From assembly GCA_964410945.1 (NCBI GenBank), contig CAYPJE010000014.1, positions 994 through 64,993 on the forward strand: a stretch of 64,000 nucleotides of DNA. The letters run 5' to 3'. Positions 10,218 to 18,711 of the stretch are shown here, one piece after another. The position numbers were made by a program, and so were the translations under genes. The notes under the pieces are model-generated. The model had not been told where the DNA came from, ran no database searches, and saw only the letters and a program-made list of their open reading frames with translations. Numbering within the stretch: the stretch's first letter is position 1; each line of letters begins with the position of its first letter. The stretch is from an uncultured bacterium. Lineage in GTDB: Bacteria; Fidelibacterota; Marinisomatia; Marinisomatales; TCS56.

Positions 10218-10379
10218 ATCCTCCGACTTGTAATAAGATTAAAGAAAAAGGATTAAAGATAAAAGTAAAAAACACCAAAATAGCCAGTAGTCTATCGACA
10301 CCCGATCACTCGAACATATGAACCCATTAACACCATAAACCATACTTTCTGATTTCCCAACAAATACGTACTTTTCACC

Positions 10380-11477
10380 ATGACAAATTATATTGGAATT
10401 ATCCTGTTCATCGTTGGATTTATCAGTGGGGGCGCCCTGATCTGGTTTATCCGCCAGCGCGAATTGAATTCAATGGCTACCAGCCAGAAGCAGCTTGAAG
10501 ATGCTTTTGGCAATCTTTCGAAGGCGGCCCTGTCGGAAAACCAGAAATCATTTCTGGAAATTGCCGAAACACAGTTCAAAACTCTGCTTAAATCATCGGA
10601 CAGCCAGCTGGATGAAAAGAAAAAACTGATTGACAGTACTGTCAAGGATATGAAGTCCCAGCTGGAGAGTCTGAATCGCCAGACCTCGGCCTTGAAGGGG
10701 CATCTGGAACAATCCCAGCAGGGTTTATCCAAACTGACCGATACCACCGGGCAGTTACGGCAGATCCTGTCCAGTTCCCAGGCCCGCGGCCAATGGGGTG
10801 AGCGGATGGTGGAGGATATCCTGAATTTCATTGGACTGGTGGAAGGCATCAATTATTCCAAGCAAGCCATGGAAGGTGGTAACCGTCCGGATTACACATT
10901 TATTCTGCCCCATGACAAGCGCATCAATATGGATGTGAAATTTCCCCTCACTCATTACGAGCGCTACCTGGCGGCTGAGCGGGACGAGGAGCGCGATAGC
11001 GCTAAGAAACAGTTCCTGAACGATGTCCGTGGACACATTAAAGCGATTGCCAAGCGCGATTATATTGATCCGGCCGGGGGAACCGTCAACTATGTTCTGT
11101 TGTTTATCCCCAATGAAAGCATTTATTCGTTTCTGAACCAGGCCGATAAAGAATTGATCGATTTTTCCCTTTCACAGCGAATCATACTATGTTCACCGGT
11201 CACCCTGTATGCGGTTCTGTCGCTGATCAGGCAGGCTGTGGATAATTTTGCCATGGAAGCACGGGCCGGTGAAATGCAGAAGCTGGTTCAGCAATTCAAG
11301 CAGCAGTGGGGGAAGTTCAATGATAAAATTGATGCGCTGGGAAAATCGTTGAGTGCCACCCGCAACCATTTTGATGATCTATCGACAACCCGTAGCAACC
11401 AGCTTCAGAAGCCCATGGACAAGATTGCCGATCTACAACTTGAGCCTGGTTCCGAAACTGGTTTATTGGAGGAATGA
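10380..11477 (+). CDS. rmuC: DNA recombination protein RmuC
   Basis: N-terminal TM segment followed by a long coiled coil. RmuC-type core RGQWGERMVEDIL...NRPDYTFILP...NMDVKFPL. Confidence 0.85.
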   Translation: MTNYIGIILFIVGFISGGALIWFIRQRELNSMATSQKQLEDAFGNLSKAALSENQKSFLEIAETQFKTLLKSSDSQLDEKKKLIDSTVKDMKSQLESLNRQTSALKGHLEQSQQGLSKLTDTTGQLRQILSSSQARGQWGERMVEDILNFIGLVEGINYSKQAMEGGNRPDYTFILPHDKRINMDVKFPLTHYERYLAAERDEERDSAKKQFLNDVRGHIKAIAKRDYIDPAGGTVNYVLLFIPNESIYSFLNQADKELIDFSLSQRIILCSPVTLYAVLSLIRQAVDNFAMEARAGEMQKLVQQFKQQWGKFNDKIDALGKSLSATRNHFDDLSTTRSNQLQKPMDKIADLQLEPGSETGLLEE

Positions 11478-11484
11478 AGTAACT

Positions 11485-12267
11485 GTGGTTAAAAATCTAT
11501 TGGTATTATGTACTATTGGAATTGCCGCTCTGTTGGTGAGCTGCGTGGAACCGGCCGAACCTGATGACGGATTAATTGAAAACCTGCCGGCTGTAATCAA
11601 TACAGAATCATCTTTTTCTTTATATCTGAAAGCGGATGAATATGATTTTGATGAGACCTACAGTCTGGAACTGGAACTGGTTGACTCCATCGATGCGGTG
11701 ACCATGTCGCTGGTAGTAAGCGGACATGGCAATAATGACAGCGCCTTTGTCGGAATCACCAGTGGTGATTCGATCCGGGTTTTCACTATAACCAGTAATC
11801 TGGTTTATACCCGGGAGGATGCAGCCCTGGATTTTTCGCCCAGACGTGTACAGTTGTGGGGTGATAATTACAGCGGCTTGATCGAATTGTCACTGATCAA
11901 GGGCACCGCTGCAGAGGAACCGGTCATCCCGGGAGAAATGAACCAGCCTATGGTGATCAGTACAAATTATAATTTTCACTATTACCTGGTGGCCGATGAT
12001 TACACCGGCACTAACTCTCAGCTAATCAATCTGGATTACAGTACAATTGTCCAGACTTACACCGATTTGTTGGTAACCGGATTCAGCAGTGCAGATACTT
12101 TATTTATATCATTCAGCGATACCAGTGACTCATTGATCCGTCAATATGAGATATTGACAGATACAGTAATTTCTGGTTCAGACTGGGTGATAGACTTTGA
12201 ACCAGCGGGATTCCAGCTGGAGGGTACCAACCTGGATGGGGTAATCGATCTATTGATTTCAAAATGA
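11485..12267 (+). CDS. Hypothetical lipoprotein
   Basis: The GTG at 11485 gives VVKNLLVLCTIGIAALLVSC (lipobox) right after the rmuC stop. The longer upstream extension overlaps rmuC. Confidence 0.5.
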   Translation: MVKNLLVLCTIGIAALLVSCVEPAEPDDGLIENLPAVINTESSFSLYLKADEYDFDETYSLELELVDSIDAVTMSLVVSGHGNNDSAFVGITSGDSIRVFTITSNLVYTREDAALDFSPRRVQLWGDNYSGLIELSLIKGTAAEEPVIPGEMNQPMVISTNYNFHYYLVADDYTGTNSQLINLDYSTIVQTYTDLLVTGFSSADTLFISFSDTSDSLIRQYEILTDTVISGSDWVIDFEPAGFQLEGTNLDGVIDLLISK

Positions 12268-12287
12268 AAGCTGGGGAGGAGGAACCC

Positions 12288-13028
12288 ATGCGATTGATGG
12301 TATTATTAGCCGGCCTGATTCTGGTAATGTCCCCGGTGATGGGAGGCGATATGAAAAAGCAGTTTGAAACAGACACTTTTCAAACCGGTGCTGGCGATCT
12401 GAAAATAACATTCATTGGTCACGGCACCCTGATGATCGAATTCAAGGACCGGTTTATACACATTGATCCGGTGATGCGCGAGGCCGATTATAAGCAATTA
12501 CCAGTGGCTGATCTGATCCTGGTGACCCACGAGCATTTCGATCATCTGGACAAGGATGCCATTCAGGCTATTTGGAACGAGAATACAAAAATGCTTTATA
12601 CCAGTAATTGTGGCGCCGCTGTTATGGGGGGGGATGTGACGAAAAACGGGGATCAAGTTGATCTGGGGTGGATCAATGTTGAAGCTGTACCGGCCTACAA
12701 TGTTATTCATGAAAGAGCACCCGGTAAGCCATTCCATCCGCGGGGCGTGGGAAATGGTTATGTGTTGACCTGTGGGGATTTAAGGATTTATGTGGCCGGC
12801 GATACGGAGAATATATCCGAAATGAAGGCACTTAAAGGTATCGATGTTGCTTTCCTGCCCATGAATCTGCCATACACAATGACACCGGAAATGGTGGCTG
12901 ATGCAGCCCGGTCTTTCCGCCCGGCTATTCTGTATCCTTACCATTACGGAAATACTGATCCCGGTGAACTGGTGGAACTGTTGAAAACAGAACAGGATAT
13001 CGAGGTGCGTGTCAGGAATCTGAGGTAG
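12288..13028 (+). CDS. MBL-fold metallo-hydrolase
   Basis: HxHxDH motif THEHFDH. The ATG at 12288 is preceded by GGAGGAGG. Signal-like N-terminus MRLMVLLAGLILV. Confidence 0.75.
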   Translation: MRLMVLLAGLILVMSPVMGGDMKKQFETDTFQTGAGDLKITFIGHGTLMIEFKDRFIHIDPVMREADYKQLPVADLILVTHEHFDHLDKDAIQAIWNENTKMLYTSNCGAAVMGGDVTKNGDQVDLGWINVEAVPAYNVIHERAPGKPFHPRGVGNGYVLTCGDLRIYVAGDTENISEMKALKGIDVAFLPMNLPYTMTPEMVADAARSFRPAILYPYHYGNTDPGELVELLKTEQDIEVRVRNLR

Positions 13029-13190
13029 GGATCAATCCAAGGGTATTGGTGGGGACAATATGGAGAAATGGAGTGATGGAGAACGGAGGAAGGTAGACCG
13101 GAATACGGAAGAAACCAGGTGAAATCAAAACATAGGTAACATTGTAGGGGCACGGTACATCTACGTTTCAAAGCAGGACGAGCCTATTTC

Positions 13191-13265
13191 ACCCTTCGAC
13201 GAGCTCAGGGTGACACCACTTAATTATTTTTTGTACATGTCATGCTGAGCCAGTCGAAGTATGAC
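13191..13265. repeat. REP-like palindromic element, copy 1
   Basis: Arm ACCCTTCGACGAGCTCAGGGTGAC (13191-13214) and inverted arm GTCATGCTGAGCCAGTCGAAGTATGAC (13239-13265). The same arm family recurs at 57333-57412 and 58252-58342. Confidence 0.6.
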
Positions 13266-13730
13266 ATATTATAACCGATGACCACAAATATAATGTCACT
13301 CTACGGCCAACTAAACGCACTACAAGCAACAGCTGCCTACCCATCGTAGCAACTTTACCCAACTTCATTCAGGAAAATTTCGTCACGGCAAGTCCTGTCT
13401 GCACAGATTGACAAGAGCTTGTACCGGCAACGGATTGCAATCTGTTGAGCTGATATAGTGATTTTAAAGGGTTGGAAATAATTATCATCTCAACCCATTC
13501 CACTTTTATCTTTTATCCGCCTTCGCAGAAGACCACGCCTGTGTGCCGAAAACAGCTGCGTCGTGCAGGCACGGGTTTACCCGTGGAGCTCTATCTTATT
13601 ATTTGTAATTAAGTCCAGCCTGCTTAAAATCCGGCGAAGGGTTAGTTCATACCAGCCAGGTATAATACCTTCAAAATGGGGGAATCATTCGTTGGGAAAA
13701 GCCCCTGAACGGGGTGGGTAATGAGGATAT

Positions 13731-14513
13731 ATGAAACAGAAAATCACCGAGGCAAAGCAGATCATTGCGGATGCCATCGAGGAATTCGGGGATAAAATTG
13801 CCGTTGGCTGCAGTTGGGGAAAAGACAGTATGGTTGTACTTCACCTTGCGCTGCAGGTTAAACCGGATATTCCCGTATTCTCGATACTGACAAAATATAA
13901 ACCGCGGGAAACATTTGACTATGCCGTTGAGATGTCCCGCCGCTACAAATTCAAACCGCGGGTGTACATGGTTTCCGATTCAATTCCGCTTGTTTTAAAA
14001 GACAATGGTTTCGATGTGATCACCCTTTCGGACCATGAATACCAGCTGCGTACCGATGACGAGCGAATGGAATCGGGCCTGGAGTTGCATCGTGGGAATC
14101 CGAAATTGTGTTGCCAGCTGCTGAAGCTGATTCCCGCTCGCTATGCCTACGATGATATGGGTCTGAAGGCCTGGTTCAGCGGGTTACGTAACACCGAAGG
14201 TCATACCCGGATATTCATGAAAATCAGGGAAGAACGGAGTGATAAAGAAGTTAAGATCAATCCGATTCTGACCTGGGTGGAAAATGAAGTCTGGCGTTAT
14301 ATGCTGGATAATGATATCCCGATTCATCCCTGGTATATCAAGGATTATCCCGGTGGAAAGAAAATTCGATCCCTGGGCTGTGAACCCTGCACAGTGCCAA
14401 TTTTTGAATACGAAAGTGAACGTGATGGCCGTTGGCGGGGAACTACCAAAGCTGCCGGAGAATGTGGAATTCATACCCAGCCGCTTCGAAAAATTCAAAT
14501 TGACGAAGCTTGA
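13731..14513 (+). CDS. cysH: Assimilatory APS/PAPS reductase (CysH-like)
   Basis: PP-loop-like GCSWGKDSMVV. CC pair (KLCCQLLKLIP) plus SLGCEPCT, which is the Fe-S type CC...CxxC pattern. C-terminal catalytic ECGIH. Confidence 0.75.
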   Translation: MKQKITEAKQIIADAIEEFGDKIAVGCSWGKDSMVVLHLALQVKPDIPVFSILTKYKPRETFDYAVEMSRRYKFKPRVYMVSDSIPLVLKDNGFDVITLSDHEYQLRTDDERMESGLELHRGNPKLCCQLLKLIPARYAYDDMGLKAWFSGLRNTEGHTRIFMKIREERSDKEVKINPILTWVENEVWRYMLDNDIPIHPWYIKDYPGGKKIRSLGCEPCTVPIFEYESERDGRWRGTTKAAGECGIHTQPLRKIQIDEA

Positions 14514-14534
14514 GAATCTGACTGGCAGTTTGAA

Positions 14535-15827
14535 ATGACCGCTTTTAGCCCGACTGAATTCACCCTGGTTTGCCAGGGGTGCGGTCAGGAAATCGATCAG
14601 GCCCAGGTATTGTTAAGCCATCCTGATTGCCCCAATCCCGGCTTACTTCGGGCTAATTACTCACAACAGCAATTAGTGGTTCGTGACACTGGCTGGGGAT
14701 TGTATCGATATGCCGACTGGTTACCGGTCAAGCGTCTGTTAAAGGGCTCCAGCGCGCCGGTTACCTATCGCAGTGAACGGCTGGGTGAACGATTGAGGTT
14801 GAAAAACCTCTGGTTGACCTTTAACGGTTACTGGCCAGAAATAGGGGCTGCAATGACTACCGGCACCTTCAAGGAATGCGAGGCCTACAGCGTTTGTGCC
14901 AGTCTGCCGGAGGTATTCGATCAGACTCTGGTTGTCGCCTCGGCGGGAAACACGGCTCGCGCCTTTGCCCGGGTCTGCTCCGATAATGATATTCCGTTGA
15001 TCGTGTTCGTCCCGGAGCAATACCTGTCGGCAATGTGGTTTAAAGAGCCGATCAAACCCCATGTGAAGCTGGTGGCTGCCGGTGGTGACAGCGATTATTT
15101 GGATGCCATTTATCTGGCTGATTTGCTGTGTGAATCAGATGGATATATCCAGGAGGGCGGAGCAAAAAATATTGCCCGTCGCGATGGGATGGGAACAACG
15201 ATGCTATCCGCTGCTACAACTATTGGCGGTCTACCGGACTATTATTTCCAGGCCGTTGGTAGTGGTACCGGTGCCATTGCAGCCTGGGAGGCTGCCATTC
15301 GCCTGGTAAGAGATGGCCGGTTTGGCAGTCACATGCCACGCATGATAACATCTCAGAATGCACCGTTCCTGCTGTTACGTGAGTCCTGGCACGGCGGAAG
15401 CCGGGAGCTTGCTCAGATCGAGCCTGAATTAGCCCGGCAGCAGGTGAGTCAGATCGTTGCCACCGTGCTTTCAAACCGGAAGCCGCCCTATGGTATCCCC
15501 GGTGGATTCTACGACACTATGGCGGGTACGGAAGGCGATGTTCTGGCAGTGGATAACACCGCTACTCTGTTGGCGGCTCGATTATTCCAGGATTTGGAAG
15601 GGATTGATATAGCCCCAGAAGCCGGAGTTGCCGTGGCCAGTTTAATCCAGGCCCTTGAGCAGGGACTGGTGTCCCGGGACGATCATATTATGGTAAATGT
15701 CACCGGTGGTGGTGCAGAGAAATTGAAGCAGTCAGATGGATTCTTCCAACTGGAACCGGCACTGGTTATTGAGCGTGAAGATTTTCGTGAAGATAAAGTT
15801 ATTAATCTGATTGCTGGTTTAAGATAA
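14535..15827 (+). CDS. Threonine-synthase-family PLP enzyme, cysteate synthase-like
   Basis: N-terminal CxxC...C zinc-ribbon-like segment. PLP-lysine context TGTFKECEA. Gly-rich AVGSGTGAIAAW. It lies between the sulfite-forming CysH-like gene and the AONS-type gene. Confidence 0.6.
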   Translation: MTAFSPTEFTLVCQGCGQEIDQAQVLLSHPDCPNPGLLRANYSQQQLVVRDTGWGLYRYADWLPVKRLLKGSSAPVTYRSERLGERLRLKNLWLTFNGYWPEIGAAMTTGTFKECEAYSVCASLPEVFDQTLVVASAGNTARAFARVCSDNDIPLIVFVPEQYLSAMWFKEPIKPHVKLVAAGGDSDYLDAIYLADLLCESDGYIQEGGAKNIARRDGMGTTMLSAATTIGGLPDYYFQAVGSGTGAIAAWEAAIRLVRDGRFGSHMPRMITSQNAPFLLLRESWHGGSRELAQIEPELARQQVSQIVATVLSNRKPPYGIPGGFYDTMAGTEGDVLAVDNTATLLAARLFQDLEGIDIAPEAGVAVASLIQALEQGLVSRDDHIMVNVTGGGAEKLKQSDGFFQLEPALVIEREDFREDKVINLIAGLR

Positions 15828-15837
15828 GGATTTTAAT

Positions 15838-17103
15838 ATGGATCTTTTTGACAAGTGTAATACGGATGGTGGATATTTTGGAAAGTATCGCCTGGCCGGA
15901 GATAAATATTTTACTCAACCAATTCTAACACCATATCCCGGGACAATAATGGAATATGCCGGTAAGCGGCAGATTATGTGGTCGATTAATAATTATCTGG
16001 GATTGGCGCAGAATAAGGAAATCAGGCAGGTAGCAATTGATGCTGCCACTGAATTTGGACCTGGGGCGCCTATGGGATCACGCATGATGAGTGGTAATAC
16101 TGAATATCATATCGCACTGGAAGGAAAACTGGCTGATTACTCCCAGAAAGAAGCTGCAATTCTATTTAATTATGGCTATCTGGGAGTTTTAGGTACAATT
16201 GCTTCTTTATCGGAATCGGATGATATAATTGTGATGGACAAGCTGGCCCATGCTTCGATTATCGACGGTGCCTTTTTATCCCAGAGTCAGTTTAGAGTCT
16301 TTCGTCACAATGATATGGATAGCCTTGAAGCAACATTGAAACGAGCCAATCGCGATCGCAAAGGTGGCATCCTCGTAGTGATTGAGGGGACTTATGGTAT
16401 GACTGGTGATCTGGCCAACCTGCCGGAAATATGTCGTCTGAAAGATAAATACGATGCCAAATTATTTGTGGATGATGCCCATGGTTTTGGTGTGCTTGGT
16501 GATGGAGGAAGAGGAATCGGTGAGCATTTTGGTATTCAGGATAAGATTGACCTGTATTTTGGAACTTTCGCCAAGGCCTTTGCTTCTATCGGTGGTTTTA
16601 CATCTACTCATGAATCAGTGGCGGACTGGATACGCTATAACGCCCGGACCCAGGTTTTTGCCAAAAGTCTGCCCATGATCTATGTGAAGACACTGGAAAA
16701 GACTTTGGAGATGGTAATCGATGGGAGTGATCTTCGTGCTAAAATGTGGGCCAATGCCAATTCACTGAAAGAGGGTCTCCGCGAAGCTGGTTTTCTGGTG
16801 GGCTGGGGAAACTCTCCGATTTGTCCGGTTTACGTTACCGTCAGCGATGAAAAGCTGGTGGAGGTTGGTACAGCTATGATCAAATATCTTCGTGACCATG
16901 GTATTTTTGTTTCCGGTGTAGCTCATCCGGTAATCCCCCATGGTTTACTTATGTTCAGAATGATACCGACCTCAACCCATACCCAGGATGAGATAGATCA
17001 GACGATTGCTGTATATCGAGCTATGCGTGATGATCTGGGACTCGATCTTTCTGTCGATCCGGCTGGTGAACGGAAGATTAAACGGTTATATGGAATTGTA
17101 TAG
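15838..17103 (+). CDS. Alpha-oxoamine synthase family acyltransferase (serine palmitoyltransferase / cysteate-C-fatty-acyltransferase-like)
   Basis: AONS-family motifs DDAHGFGVLG and GTFAKAFASIGGF (PLP lysine). 421 aa. Confidence 0.75.
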   Translation: MDLFDKCNTDGGYFGKYRLAGDKYFTQPILTPYPGTIMEYAGKRQIMWSINNYLGLAQNKEIRQVAIDAATEFGPGAPMGSRMMSGNTEYHIALEGKLADYSQKEAAILFNYGYLGVLGTIASLSESDDIIVMDKLAHASIIDGAFLSQSQFRVFRHNDMDSLEATLKRANRDRKGGILVVIEGTYGMTGDLANLPEICRLKDKYDAKLFVDDAHGFGVLGDGGRGIGEHFGIQDKIDLYFGTFAKAFASIGGFTSTHESVADWIRYNARTQVFAKSLPMIYVKTLEKTLEMVIDGSDLRAKMWANANSLKEGLREAGFLVGWGNSPICPVYVTVSDEKLVEVGTAMIKYLRDHGIFVSGVAHPVIPHGLLMFRMIPTSTHTQDEIDQTIAVYRAMRDDLGLDLSVDPAGERKIKRLYGIV

Positions 17104-17246
17104 TGAATTACTGTTTATTGAAATTAGAATTGATTTATTCAATTCCTGAAATTGGTGTAACAGGTGATTAAGTACTTGAAATACAATAACTTTTTTAAGT
17201 TAATATCATCCTGTTATTGATTTTTGATATTGCATATATTTTAAAT

Positions 17247-18248
17247 ATGAATAAGGGACAATCAGGTATTATTATATACAAACCTCCAGGAAAACTTCCT
17301 GTTGTAGAGGTTAAACATCAGATTGATGATCTTTGGTTGAATTTAAATGATTTATGTACATTATTCCAACGTGATAAATCGGTGATTTCAAGACACATTA
17401 ATAATATACTTAAAACTGGAGAACTGAAGCGTATTTCAGTTGTTGCAAATTTTGCAACAACTGCGACCGATGGAAAAACATACCAGGTGACTTATTATAA
17501 TCTGGATATGATTATAAGTGTAGGCTATCGTATAAATTCTAAAGTTGGTACCCATTTCCGTATTTGGGCCACAAGCATACTTAAGGATTATTCAGTAAAA
17601 GGATATGCTCTTAATATAAGAAGATTGCATGCTGCCGAGGAAAAATTGGATGAATTAACTAGGAGTATAAGGCTGATCGGTACGGTAGCACAAAACCGTG
17701 ATTTATCAGGAGTTGAATCTGAAGGACTTCTGAAAATAATAACTGATTATGCCTATGGATTAGAAACATTGGATAATTTTGATCGCCGTACTCTTAAAAT
17801 TCAATCAACCAGTGAAAATATGCGATTTATCCTGGATTATCATACAGCGCGGAAAAGCATTAATGAAATGAAAATTCAATTAAGTCAATCTGGTGTCGAT
17901 AACAGTTTGTTTGGAATAGAAAAAGATGATTCATTGGAGGGTTCTCTCAGGAATATTCATCAATCCATAAACGGGGTGGATGCCTACCCAAGTATAGAAG
18001 AAAAAGCCGCGCATCTACTCTATTTTATTATTAAAAATCATCCCTTCACTGATGGCAATAAGCGTATCGCCGCCGCTCTGTTCCTGTGGTTTTTGGATCG
18101 TAATGCTTGTCTATATAATGTCGATGGAACCAAAAGAATTGCCGATAATGCCCTGGTTGCACTCACCTTGATGGTTGCTGAGAGTGATCCGTCAGAAATG
18201 GAATTAATTATCAAAGTTATCATAAATCTGATTAATTTAAAAAACTGA
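17247..18248 (+). CDS. RhuM-like N-terminal domain fused to Fic/DOC domain protein
   Basis: RhuM-type segment TATDGKTYQVTYYNLDMIISVGYRINSKVGTHFRIWAT. Fic motif HPFTDGNKRIAAALF. The ATG at 17247 is preferred over the TTG at 17217. Confidence 0.75.
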   Translation: MNKGQSGIIIYKPPGKLPVVEVKHQIDDLWLNLNDLCTLFQRDKSVISRHINNILKTGELKRISVVANFATTATDGKTYQVTYYNLDMIISVGYRINSKVGTHFRIWATSILKDYSVKGYALNIRRLHAAEEKLDELTRSIRLIGTVAQNRDLSGVESEGLLKIITDYAYGLETLDNFDRRTLKIQSTSENMRFILDYHTARKSINEMKIQLSQSGVDNSLFGIEKDDSLEGSLRNIHQSINGVDAYPSIEEKAAHLLYFIIKNHPFTDGNKRIAAALFLWFLDRNACLYNVDGTKRIADNALVALTLMVAESDPSEMELIIKVIINLINLKN

Positions 18249-18297
18249 TTGATTTGATTGATCGTATGTGAGTACCATTAAGATGATCTGCAACTTT

Positions 18298-18708
18298 CTA
18301 TTTAAATACACCATGCGAATCAATTGTATTTGGAATACTATTTACTACTTCTTTAAACAATAAGGCTGAATATTTATATTCACCCTTTATGTAATATTTA
18401 TAGGCTTCATGAAAAAATTCTGATTCAGGCAAATCATGACCAGATTCTTCAGAAAATAATAAATTCGCTTTCCAGTAACTATAGGCAGAATTCTTATATT
18501 GATTAGTCTCGAAGAATGCTACACCAAGTGAATAATAAACCATTGAATTGTAAGGCCCATTTTTATTTGAAATTTCAGCAAATTTGATTGCACGCTCGTA
18601 ATCCTGCATTTGGTGCGCAAGATATATAGTTGTATAGGGACTACCGCAACCTGGAATACTTATAAATAAAAGAAGAAGTATAAAGCCAATTGTGATTCTT
18701 ACTTTCAA
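18298..18708 (-). CDS. TPR-like lipoprotein
   Basis: Lipobox LFISIPGCGS. Y/A-rich TPR-like repeats. Its start lies 3 nt after the helicase stop on the same strand. Confidence 0.5.
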   Translation of the reverse strand: MKVRITIGFILLLLFISIPGCGSPYTTIYLAHQMQDYERAIKFAEISNKNGPYNSMVYYSLGVAFFETNQYKNSAYSYWKANLLFSEESGHDLPESEFFHEAYKYYIKGEYKYSALLFKEVVNSIPNTIDSHGVFK

Positions 18709-18711
18709 TAT

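Noticed and set aside
11353-11484. Long N-terminal extension of the lipoprotein ORF overlapping rmuC
   Set aside because: The extension overlaps the conserved rmuC 3' end. The GTG at 11485 yields a canonical lipoprotein signal immediately after the rmuC stop.
13490-13650. Possible known riboswitch (SAM or other sulfur-related class) upstream of the cysH-like gene
   Set aside because: I could not recognise any conserved riboswitch core sequence by eye. The region is kept only as an unclassified structured leader.
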